64,000 nucleotides of DNA from Tubulanus polymorphus (lineage: Eukaryota; Animalia; Nemertea): positions 14,384,001 through 14,448,000 of the forward strand of contig NC_134025.1 of NCBI RefSeq assembly GCF_964204645.1, given 5' to 3'. How positions within the stretch are numbered: the first letter of the stretch is position 1; each line of letters starts with the position of its first letter. The notes beneath the pieces were generated by a model. The model was given only the letters and a program-made list of their open reading frames with translations, searched no databases and was not told the DNA's origin. Below are positions 24,526 through 36,219 of the stretch, in pieces. Both the position numbers and the translations under genes were made by a program.

Positions 24526-25753
24526 CACAGGGGCTCGTATCAGAGTTGTAGGTAATGTAAAAACGAAAATCTGTTAATCCAATGTATATAGTATATATAA
24601 AATAACAAGGGGGCTAACGACGCTCACAAACTACTCAACTTCAGTCGCTTACTTTTTCGTTATTTTTCATCCGGTTTTGATAATCCAGGCATGATATGAA
24701 AGCTAATACCTTCCTGCTTCTAACGAAACTAATCCCGTTAATTTCCGATGAATAGTTCGTGAATTATATGTCTTTGGACGCGAAATTAGGGCCGAAATCG
24801 CCTGGACCGAAAATGCTATGACGCCGGTTTTTGTCGATTTTGAAATTTAAAACGTTGACTTCGACACGAAATCCTTCACCGATTTTGATGATCGAGGACT
24901 TCAAATGCGCAGAACACTCTATATTTCCTAAATATTGCGGTTGTTTCGTTAATCTATACGATCTTCCAGCTTTGAAAACGCGAATTTTCCGATTTTACGT
25001 CAATTCACGAACTCCATGCGCAATCTAAAAATGGCGATGGTCATCTCCCACAATGCTTAGCGCAATGCAGAACCGAAATGAATTTTATTTCCAATTTATT
25101 TTCTGTGTATATTTACGTGAAATTCAGAATCTATTATAACCTGATCGTGTTTATTCTAGCTTAAATAAGATAAAACATTATTTGATTGAATTGTTACGAA
25201 ATAAGATTCACTGCGGACCTGTTGCTAGTTCAAGTTCAAGGTCGCCATCTTGAGATCGCGTGTCGAGTGCGTGAATTGACGTAAAATCGGAAAATTCGCG
25301 TTTGCAAAGCTTGAAGATCGTATGGGTTAACGAAACAACCGCAATATCCAGAAAGTATAGAATGTTTTGCGCATTTGAAGCCCTCGACCATCAAAATCGG
25401 TGAAGGATTTCGTGTCGAACTCAACGTTTTAAATTTCGAAATCGGCAAAAACCGGCGTCATAGCATTTTCGGTCCAGGCGATTTTGGCCCTAATTTCGCG
25501 TTCAAAGACATATAATTCACAAACTATTCATCGGAAATTAACGGGATTAGTTTCGTTAGAAGCAGGAAGGTATTAGCTTTCATATCATGCCTGGATTATC
25601 AAAATCGGATGAAAAATAACGAAAAAGTATGCGACTGAAGTTGAGTAGTTTGTGAGCGTCGTTAGCCCCTTTGTTATTTTATATATACTATATACATTGG
25701 ATTAACAGATTATCGTTTTTACATTACCTACAACTCTGATACGAGCCCCTGTG
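24526..25753. mobile_element. 1228-bp foldback MITE with ~510-bp TIRs and 8-bp TSD (P-element/Galileo-like or hAT-like)
   Basis: CACAGGGGCTCGTATCAGAG...CTCTGATACGAGCCCCTGTG, with arms ~24526-25037 and ~25242-25753. TSD GTTTCAGC at 24518-24525 and 25754-25761. Empty site with a single GTTTCAGC at 8995-9002. Confidence 0.95.
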
Positions 25754-28700
25754 GTTTCAGCACACACACAGCCCCTCTACCATCAATGCCTAACCCCTGT
25801 TCGACCAACTGTGGGCGTTTTCCTTTGAAACATAAGCCTAATTGTAAAAGATAAGCATTAATCTATGTTAATGCTGCATCTTTATCATGAAACCTAAGAA
25901 AGATTATTCTATTATTTAGGCCTATTCAAATTTTCTGTCCACTACCACGTGGAAATAATAAGACCCAGTCAAAATTGTGCATCACGCTTTGACCAAGAAA
26001 TTGGTTCTAGGCTATAAATTTTATGACTCAAACGAATCTTTTCCTCAACAAAGGCGCTTTTAGTTTGATGCAAAATGAAATTTGCTTTTAAAATGTGTAA
26101 CTAGGCCTAATCAAAAGGATATTTCAAAAGCAAACTTTGCCGGGCCAAGAGCCATATTGAATTCAATTTTTTCCGAACCATTATGCCTCTTTCATCATAA
26201 CATTATTTATCCTATTTTAAGATCTTAGGCCTACAAGTAGAGAGAGGGCCTACGTTGGGTTCAAATTGGAATTTTAAGATTTATTTCATTTAATTCCAGG
26301 TTTTCACTGTAGATTATCAAAGACATGTGGCGTTGTGGGAGTTCATGGTTGTTTGATAATCCATTATTTGTAAGTGTAAGGCTATTTGAGGGATTCGAAA
26401 CCGACATTTTGTAAATTTTGTAGCTTTATTACATTTAATTCCAGATGTTTATCATGACATGTTTCATTTCGGGGGTTTGTCAGCGAGTTGGTATGCTGTC
26501 GGCAGAAGTAGTTTGATAATTCGTTTCATGTAAGTAAACAGCTATTTGAAGGATTCGAAACCGAAATCTGTATTGTGAATTTTTTAGTTGTATTTTGTTT
26601 GATTCTAGGTGAATAGGACATGATTCATTTTGGGAGTTTGTCCGCGAGTTTGTATACTGTCAAATGAAGTTTCTTCGTCAATTTGTCGTATGTAAGTATC
26701 AATCTATAGGTTATATAGGCCCTATTAGGGGTTCGATACAGAAATTTGGTGAATTCCTCAGATTTATTTTAATTTATTCCAGGTTGTTATCAGAAAAATA
26801 TGTACTTTATTTCATAGGTTAGTCTTTGATTGAAAACTAAAAATGGATGATAGTTCTAAATTTGATGTTGATTCACATGACCAATCTAGTAAGTATGGCT
26901 CACTCGTCTTTTAGAATAAGAGACCTATTGCATTAATCCTTCAATTCAAGTTGCTATACAACCTTTTATACAGATATTTACCTTATCAATATAAACATGT
27001 ATTTGCCATTAGCCATACAATTCAGTAAAACTTTTCCCGTCCAGATTTTGAAACATCATTTGACTCAATTTTTCCTCCTAGAAAATTGCTTTAGCTCATT
27101 CCAATGTTCGCAGTAAAAGTGAATGTAGCATGTATGATTCCCATCCATCAATTTTGTCTTGTTTCGTATTTTTAGCGAAAATCTCGAAAAAGTCTGACGT
27201 CGAGGCAGGTGGTGGCCAGGCAAAGACATATTCTTGGGAAATATTTAAAGACGCATGGCATGACTTATTGTTCACTTTTTCACTTTTTCCTATCCTTATT
27301 TTGAAATTGAAGTATTGTAATAAACTATTGATTTGTTTTTGTTGATCAACGCAACTAGTTTTGTTGTTTTCTTTCTTAATTTACATTTGAATTGGATGGT
27401 CATCTTGCGTAGGAGTCAGTTTGTCATCGAAGCAATACAGTCTAACTTGTTGACGTCTCAGATGCAGCGGGGCAGGGCGGTCATTATATTGTGGACTTAT
27501 CCAAATAACACTTACACAGCCCAACATGTTTCAGTGTGTAAACTCCGTCGTACTCGGCATTATAAGACAGTGAGGAATTGAGTTTTAGTCACCTGAGCCC
27601 TCGGCTTGATTCGACCAAAAAGATCTTAACTGACTTCACAGAATTTGATTATGAGTCAAGGATTTTCTAAATTTCTGAATGCTTTCTCTGGTTTTAAGAT
27701 CAATTCAAATTCAATCTTCAAAATATTTTATTGAAAGAAATTCTACTGAAGACAGATTTTGAAATGAAGGATATATCCAGGCAAATAATTATAGCAAAAT
27801 CAACTGATGATCATCAAGGTGAAGTTTTCATTCATCTTCGGCTAATTTGTCTACCCCTGATGATTGAAGCATTTTGGTTACTCGCGCCAATTAGTCAGCC
27901 ACAGTCGATTTTCATGCCATCTGACCTCTTTCCATCTGTAATTAAGCAATCAAATGTAAGAATTACTTAGGTAAGGAGCGAAATAATATATAGATATCTT
28001 AGGAGACTATTTGAAATCATGAGTTTGTTGTGAAAATCTATTACTACAGTCTCGTAGAGCATAGACACCAAGCCACGTGGCATTGGTATTTTTAGGGCTA
28101 TTCAGTTTACTCCAAAACAAGTCAATGATTAACATTAAAAAAGCTTCATATCAAGGGTATGTCGCAGGACTCGTGACGCCCATGAATTATCATCCCATAA
28201 TTACAATGAATCCAATTCTGCATGTACGTTAGCACGACTGATTACTAATCCAAATATTGCATTACAAAAAAAATTACGCAAAACTTCAAGTACTTACAGC
28301 ATCTGAGACAGTTGCGCTTAAGTTAGCGTGTTAAGTTACGTCTTTGGCTGTCAATGTGGAAAAAGCCTAATTTGAAACATACATTTGCGCACTGTGGTTT
28401 AATATTCCTGCAAGAATCCGCAAAGGAATTGAAGACCGTAGTGCCCAGTTCATTCCACGAATAATAGCTGGAAAGAAAGTAATCAAAATAAATTGTCATG
28501 CACATTCAGTGTAAACCAGGCCATAACTAGCTGCTATTAAGGCATTCCACTGACTGGCTCTACCCATTATATTTAGGGCCTAAATCTATTCTAGGCGCAT
28601 CCCCCCAAAAAAGCTAGGCATTAAGTAAGTAGCCAACAATGATCATTGCTTCACCGAGTAGGCCTACTCATTTGCTAGCATACTCATATTATTAAAGAAA

Positions 28701-29059
28701 TCATTTAATACATTCCCTGGTTAACGGATTTTCACCTTAAAATACATAAACTCCGCTGTCGTTGTCATCGATCCGAGTCGTCAACTGAACGCGGAAGTAA
28801 AATTCCGTGTGAAAATTCCTACAATTTCTGTCCATATCACGTTGATTTGACCCCGAAATCTTCAGGAAATGTAGCCAACGTAAATTGATTTACGAATAGA
28901 ATTAATCAATTGACTCATTTTAGAAATCATGGTTTCGTGCAATTCATTAAAGTCCTAAAACTCGCGATAAATTTAAGCCGAAAATGATTTCAACCATCCA
29001 CCATGTTGTTTCATTAATAAAACAATTGTTGCGCGCCGGCGCTGCACTGTGATAATGCA

Positions 29060-29132
29060 TGGTTTCACTAGGATTCGAACCCTCGACCTCTCAGTTGGGA
29101 GTTAAACACCTTATCCACCATGCCACAGGACA
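29060..29132 (-). other. tRNA-derived Pol III module inside HINE copy B
   Basis: Paralog of 12371-12443. A-box TGGCATGGTGG, B-box GGTTCGAATCC. Confidence 0.7.
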
Positions 29133-30639
29133 GGACGCTGTTTTTATCGTTAGTGGGAGTACCGGATAGGGCGAGTTGCGATTGCTACTATCATCCGGTG
29201 TTATCTTTCAGTAAGTAATTTTAAGTTTAAAATAGGACGGAGAGTGCATAGGTATAATCTACGCGGAGCGAATGCGTGTTATATTACTATCAGAATTCTA
29301 CATTTCAATTAGAAGCAGTTAGTTGTCGAATCTGATAGAAGATGAATTTTATGTGCGAAAAAAAAGTGGAAAATATGTAAATAATAATAATAACAATCAA
29401 CAGAATTACAAAAGGGTTTTCGACGAAAGTCAGAAAACCCTAATAATCACGCGGATATCAATAGGGTTTTCTGTGAAATAACAGAAAACCTTAATTATGC
29501 AAAGTCCGTGGAAAAGAAGCCTTTTCTCAAAATGGGGTGGATGACCTGGATATGCTTATTAGCTACGTGCTCGCACTGCAAATTCATATAAATTTTATTT
29601 TGCAGAAAAATTATCAAATCCAATTCAATTTTACTTTATCGATCAAATTGCAGAAAATCCAATTCAATCCTATTCTGCATTCAGATTAATAAGATACAAT
29701 ATCGAAGCTAGGAAATGCTGGAAATCATAATTGTAAATGGGTTTCATCTCTAACAGAATTTTATCAACAAGGTTCCACTGTAAAATGGATCGAAATTTTA
29801 CCTTTTTTTTAACATTTTTATATGATTATATGATGTAAAGAACCTGTTAAAAATAGGCAAATTGGCTGCAAGTATCGAAAATTGCTTCCAACGTGCCTGA
29901 AGAAACAGCTTAAAAGTGGTAAAAATATAGCTTGAAATGACTTGAATTTCACCTGAGCTTGAGACAATGAAACCTGAGTGGAATGGTAAGCCTACTCATG
30001 ACCTGTATAGGTAAGTTGTGATCATGCAGGAGCACCTTTACTTTACTTAAAACCATTTCATGATGACACAAAACAACAAACGCTAAACGGTACCACCCAA
30101 CCATGATACGATATCACCAATAAAGATCGATTATTTCATTCAATTTTACCAGAGTTGTTTATTGGAGGAAAATATCATCGTTAAGTACGCCGAGAACAAC
30201 CCCGTTGTATCATCAATCAGTTGACTGACAGTTTATTGTAAAATTCCCTTCGTTCGGCTATATTCTAAGATAAGTTTTCAAGATTCTAAGATGGTCTGAT
30301 TGTCATAACCTGACAGACACGATTTCAAAGGTACCAAGTGGGAACTTTTTTCCGGGATTCATTGAAATAAATTTCATTTTTGAAAAAACTGGACGACCAA
30401 CCGACCCACTGCCGATGTATGAGCTACGTATGTTTGAAGTCAAGTGTGCATTGTGTGAAAACCTGCCTCGACTATGGCCTGGTTTTTTCCAGGAAACTGG
30501 CAGTGTTCAAATAAGCTGCCATTCATTCTTAGTGACTATATTTAAGCTGGTAATGTTATAGCGTGCATATATTCAATCTACTGTTTCATTTTGAACACAA
30601 GAGATGACGCTCATGACAAAGATTTATTATTGAAATCTA

Positions 30640-30805
30640 GGAAAATTATATAAATTTGTTTTTTTTTTCTGCCCTATAATTTTGCACAAAAAAAAGCGAT
30701 TCTACCTACCTACCGACTCATCCCATAAATTTGAGTCAGTGTTACAGCAAACATTACAGCAAACAGACAATTAATTTGGGATGGCCTTATCCAAATCTTG
30801 ATTGA
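30640..30805 (+). repeat. Dispersed repeat (MITE end plus flank) shared with ~1935-2072
   Basis: CGATTCTACCTACCTACC...ACAGCAAACAGACAATTAATTTGGGATGGCCT occurs at both sites. Separately, 29698-29815 is directly repeated at 30810-30925. Confidence 0.7.
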
Positions 30806-31289
30806 TGTAAATATCGAAGCTGGGAAATGCTGGAAATCGTTGTGATAAACAGGTTTCATCTCTAACAGAATGGTATCAATGAGGTTCTACTGTAAAATGA
30901 ATGGAAATTTTACCTCTTTTTTAATGTTCTTATATAACCTTCTTAAAGTTGATAATGCAGCTGCAAAAAAACACGATCATCATGGAAACCACTCTCTTGA
31001 ATGGAAAAAAATCTACAATTATCTAGCTTAAGTCCAAGCATGCTATTGTAGGCTGCCCAGCAGTCCTATATTTCCCGAATATCAGCGATTTGTTGCATGC
31101 TATATATAATAGAAATGGAACTGGTGGGAACAGTCAAAAGCCGAGGCTTGAAAGAAACTGGTCCCTTAACCCTTCCCGAACCAAGTTTACACAGCCATAC
31201 AACAATCACATCATCTTCAGATCACAATCTCTAATACATATGATGCATGTTTGAATATAAATTTGAATCCGAATAAAAATTTAGTAAAA

Positions 31290-32040
31290 CAGGTTCATTA
31301 TTTCTAACAAGTGAACGTAACTAAATATAGTATTTCCTTCAAAAGATGTTAAATGATTTTGAAGTTTTAGTTATTTCATCTAGATTGTTCCAAATGTATG
31401 GTCCCTTATTTGGTATTTTTTGTGATTTTTATACAGTATTAAATCTTTCGATAGCATTGGTTCATAGAACGTGAATTTTGGTTATGTAGATTATAACTTC
31501 TTAAGAAGAAATTTTCAAAAATATTGGGAGGTTGCAGTATAGACACACAAATTATAATAAAACCTATTGAATATTTGCCATAATTTCAATATTTTCAGAG
31601 ATTTAAATAATGGAGATGTATGGTCAAAGTAGCCCTTTCTAGAAATAATTCTTATAATTTTCCTTTGTAGTGAAAATTATTAATAATTACTAATTATTAA
31701 GATAGGTTTGATAAGTGCTTGACCAAATTATATTACCGTAATCAAGATATGGGTGAATCAAGCTGTAATATAATTGTAACAATTGTTTTGAGGGAATGAA
31801 ATATGAAATTCTTCAAAATACTGCATATGTTTTTGAGATTTTGTTAGAAATAATCATTGTGTTCCTTCCAATTAAGATTTTCATCAATCCTTAAAAATAT
31901 TCATTCCACGTATAGAAATTTCAATTCACTTTTCTTTCTTACTCAACTGGAAACCATATAATGAGTTTTTTCAAATTTAACGAAAGTCTTTTAACTAAAA
32001 ACCATAGAAGCGAAGCGTTAAACCAATCACAGCATGCCAT
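31290..32040 (-). mobile_element. Decayed L2-group (Crack/Daphne-like) LINE, 3' ORF2 fragment
   Basis: - strand translates LLQLYYSLIHPYLDYGNNIWSSTY, KIIRII and DHTSPLFKSLKILKL, with stops. Confidence 0.75.
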
Positions 32041-32285
32041 CAATTAATATGATCAATAGTTAAAATTGGCAAGATTCATATTGTCATGTGTACACAAAAC
32101 AATACGTGTGTATTGGGATCTTTTGTGAGGTCTCCACAAATGACAGGTCTTACTTTGTGCGTTTAGGCACTCACACCTTCATTTCTGAGTTCTGGTTTCA
32201 TGGTATCCATATCTTCCATCTCTGTATTGCTAAGTTATGAAAATGTCTTAACCAAAACTCAGCAAATGATTATCATCTTTTATAG

Positions 32286-32379
32286 CATAAGAGTTGACAA
32301 TGAATCTGGACTGATGCACTTTAATCTATTCAAATCAACTCACTTGGTGAATGCTTACAAACAAGCTAAAGAAATTGTG
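32286..32379 (+). CDS. M16C peptidase-like gene, exon b
   Basis: ttttatag acceptor and GTG|gtaagt donor. Reads (S)IRVDNESGLMHFNLFKSTHLVNAYKQAKEIV. Phase 2 in, phase 0 out, matching both neighbours. Confidence 0.88.
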
Positions 32380-32699
32380 GTAAGTGCTTCTTATTTACTA
32401 CCATTTTCAAAAGTTTATGCAAAAGTTCATGGTTTCCACAGAACAGGGAAATTGGGAAAAACTTGGTTACTTTGTAATGATAATTCCCAGTTTGGAAATA
32501 TTTGGGAATTTGAAAAAATTTTAGTTTAAGGAGGAACCCTATTGTTTTGAGCAAATCTCATTTGGTTAAATATGTCCAACTGATGACCTACTTTTGACAT
32601 GTGAATTTCCTGTGTAGGCGATTCTCAAAAACGGTTTAATTTATGTAATATTTATGGTATGTGTTAGTCAGTAACCTGTCTTTGGTTTAGTTACACGAT

Positions 32700-33535
32700 T
32701 GGATATTTTCACAAACAACAATCAGGAATGGGAAGGTCATTTTTAAATGAAATCTTCGAGAGTCAATTTGACTCACGAGTAATTTGCCTGGCATTTTCTG
32801 GTCTTTTGAGATATCCGTCTAATTTTGTTGTAATCAAAAATTTAATATTTCGTAGTAGCGAAAGGAATTGTCGATAGTGAAGCGAAAGAAGCCTTATTGC
32901 TCCATTGTGCCAGTATGGACATTCAGGATGTTTTCAGAACTTTGCCAGAAGTTCCTGCATTACTGCCAGCAAGAGGGCATTGAAGACAATTGATACCAGA
33001 AGGCTGGCTTTGCGTGCATTAGATAATTACTTTGCACCAAAAATGAATGTTCCCTTTGAACAACACAACACGTCTTCAGACAGCTGAAACAGAAACAGGA
33101 TGAAACTTTCGTTAAGAGACTGAGGTGACAGGCCCAGAATTGTGAGTTTGGTGATGACTGCGATGAGCAGATCAAGTCATTGACTGTTGTGTTTCAATTG
33201 TGCTTCGAAGGAAGGCTCTTCAAAGAGGTCAAACCCCCTTAACGTTAAATCAGTTGCTCAAATAGCCAGGAGTCTAGAAGCAGTGGACCATCTGTCCCGT
33301 CTAATGGAAGGGAAAGTAGTTGTTGGTGAAGTTAATTGGATTCATACGTATGGCAACAGATTGGAGATAGGGGAGAAACCTAGATGTGATACCGGACAAG
33401 CGAAGGGTCAGAAACGTAAATGTTTTCACTGCAGTCAAGAAGGGCATGAGTCGAAAGATTTAATCTGTCCAGCTAGAGATAAAACTTGTAATATGTGTCA
33501 CCTGAAAGGACATTTCGCTGTCATGTGCAAAACTA
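32700..33535 (+). pseudogene. Decayed Ty3/Gypsy gag
   Basis: ALLLHCA, ALDNYFAPKMNVPFE, QAQNCEFGD, and two knuckles CFHCSQEGHESKDLIC / CNMCHLKGHFAVMC. Many frameshifts. No LTR recognised. Confidence 0.85.
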
Positions 33536-36140
33536 AAATATATAAAACACAACACAGAGAAATTGTTAAAATTACATAAGTTGAGTATACATGCATAATA
33601 AAACAATACACAGTAGGTTTTAAGAGTAGGTTTGGCTGAAAAAGTATGTCTTAAGATTACGTTTAGAAATATCAACGGATGCACTTTCAGAGATATTGGA
33701 AGTTTGTTCGGGAGGATTGGACTAATACATTTAAAAGATGGACTGCCGTACGAAATACGTGGAATTGGTTGACTAGAATTGTTTTTTCGTGGCTGGAACG
33801 CAGAGACCGGATCGGATTATATTGAGACAGAAGGGATTGCAGGTACTCAGGTGCTAGTCCATGTAAACATTTGTATACAATAAAGAGAATCTTGTATTCA
33901 ATCCACACCGAGACTGGCAGCCAATGTAAAGACTGAACAAGTGTTATATGCTCACTCTTCTTTTTTTTGGTGAGCGGCATTGTTCTGGACGAGCTGAAGT
34001 GGCATTGGAGCCCACAAGAAACGAATTGGCATAATCAAGCCTGCTTATCACCAAAGAAACAACGGCTGCTTTACACGCTGCATCGTCTAACAGACTTCGT
34101 ATTTTACCAATGCAATACAGATGGTAGTTAGCAGTGCGACAATTATCGTTAACATGCGTTGATAAAGACAAATGTTCATCCAAAATTATACCTAGATTCT
34201 TAACATAAGTTAATGGATGGATTTCAATACCATCAATAGTAATATATAAATCACTGGGTAAAAGGCTTTTGGCATATGGCGAACCAAGTATTACAAATTC
34301 AGTTTCATCGCTGTTAGCTTTTAATTTATTAATTGTCATCCAATTAAACAATACCTGAACCAGTTCAGCTAGTGTATTCAAAGCTGAAATTACATCAGCA
34401 AGACTCTTCGGGATTTACAACTTTATACAGCTGGTCATCATCAGCATATAAATGATATTCAGTTGAAAAATGTCTGACTATATTGCTTATAGGCTGAACA
34501 TACTAAGTAAAAAAAATCGGACGCAAAACAGATCTTTGAGGTCAGGTTATTCATCATTTCTAGCGCAAATGGATATCATTATAATACTGTGATATCCAAG
34601 GCGTATGATATCATGATTTATTGTGTGCGATGTGTTCAATGATTCATCTAGCTTTAATATCCCGTGCATAAGGTAACGTTGCATCAAGATATCTGACAAA
34701 AATGTGGTTTCAAAATGCGGAAATGCGGAAATTTACTTCGTCAGTAACCGGCACTGACTGACTGGCCTCAAATTTGAAGAACTTGGGAGCTTCTGTCCTG
34801 ATTGATCCATATGATAAAAATGAAAAAACCTCCGATGAAACCCAGGCTCTCACCAAGTTTCTACCGTATCTTATTGGGTCACTCATAGTTTTAGTTGTTT
34901 TACATCATTCAAGGGATGTATTACAATTATGAGCATTTGTTCGGACAAAAGGACCATAATCAATTTTTCGAAGATTTCATTCTTGTCAAAAGTCGGTTAT
35001 CATTAAGAGTTCACACTGACCAAAATTGAGTCCTTTTTTATATATTTTTTTCTTGTTTAATTTTAAATGAAATGATTTTTTGCATACCGGTAGCCTAGGT
35101 GACAGATTTTAACATCACACCAGTTTGGCGAGCCACTGGACCATTTCTCCTTTATTTTATTTATTGATATAAGAACTGACAAGAGCTACAATTGAGTCTC
35201 CAAAACCGTACAAAGTCGATCTAGAAGAATGTTATGATCAATCGTATCGAAGGCCGCCGATAGATGAAGCAATACCATCAATACAATGTTGCCATCATCC
35301 ATAGCAGACAGTATATCATTAGTTACTCTAAGGAGAGCTGACTCGGTACTATGAATAGCACGATATGCAGACTGAAATGGTTCATACAAATCGTTACTTT
35401 GAAGATGATCAACTATCCTGACTGCAATAACTTTTTCAATGACTTTAGACGGAAAAGGATTATTTGCTACTGGCGAAAGTTTTTATAGTTCTGAAAATCT
35501 AAGGTTGATTTCTTCAGCAAAGGATGAATAATGGCATGCTTCAGACAATCTGGAAAAGTACTCATAGTAATACACGTGTTAACAATCTTGACTAGTGCCT
35601 GTAACATACCAGATTCCGATAAATTTGATTTTGGGATAACTGTTGGTAACATTGTTAGTGACAGAAAAACGTTCTAATTTTGGTGGATCAAAATGCTCCT
35701 TCTCATAAAAGGTCCACAATGATAAGAATCCAAATCATTACGGATAGAAACATCTTGTCTGAAAAATATGTACTGAATTTTTCAGCCACTTGCTTTGTGA
35801 ATCACGAGATGGTATTAATTTCTCATCTCTATTCAATAGATCACAGTTTATCACTTTAAATGTTTGCTGAACATCTGTCATTTTACTCCTATAATATTAA
35901 GATTTTGCCTGTTTCACTAAGGGAGTAACAGTATTGCGCTGCAACATGTACATATCCTTATGGATCTCTAGCCCAGTGCTCCGCCACTGTCTGTCAAACT
36001 TCTGTCTTAATTGCTGTGCTGTATGATCGAATCTCTGACGTATACCACTTGGAACTAACGGGATGCAGAGTAACTTCACGTATCATAAGAGGCACTTATG
36101 AAAAATTCTAATTTGAAAAATTCTTTACCAGATTGCATAT
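33536..36140 (-). mobile_element. Decayed L2-clade LINE (ORF2/RT plus 3' UTR) inserted between Gypsy gag and pol
   Basis: FQSAYRAIHSTESALLRVTNDIL, LSAAFDTIDH, YADD (~34436-34450), KNLGIILD, SRLDYANS, HIT..SLHWLPV...KCLHGLAPEYL...RSLRSS. Confidence 0.92.
34543..35185 (+). mobile_element. Unclassified repeat inserted in the L2 RT
   Basis: Interrupts the RT between the AFDTIDH and PQGS regions. 34553-34922 is closely repeated at ~45511-45948. Confidence 0.7.
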
Positions 36141-36219
36141 AAATCCAATAAAACTACTTGACTGCTCATTAAATGCTCATTGACTTGGGCTCCACAACAA
36201 ATGTAATCGGCAGAGAAAT

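Larger units (their letters stand above)
23072..29442 (+). mobile_element. ~5-kb HINE-type element, copy B (6.4 kb including a foldback insertion)
   Basis: Same head and tail as copy A and colinear throughout. ORF-track peptides at 27333/27731 are near-identical to those at 10584/10976. Inserted into the (AAT)n tract of another element's tail. Confidence 0.8.
12751..29492 (+). mobile_element. HINE-type host element expanded by nested insertions (minisatellite element, BEL/Pao, HINE copy B)
   Basis: Head at 12751 and tail hairpin AGGGTTTTCTGT...ACAGAAAACCT at 29463-29491. Internal pieces 14712-14885 + 22090-22460 match 42730-43530. 22810-23071 + 29443-29492 match 5045-5351. That all pieces form one element is inferred. 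Confidence 0.5.

Noticed and set aside
7745-29442. Copies A and B as giant LTRs or an assembly artefact
   Set aside because: No TG..CA ends, PBS or TSD. Each copy has its own Helentron-type termini, and they differ by many substitutions, indels and a MITE.
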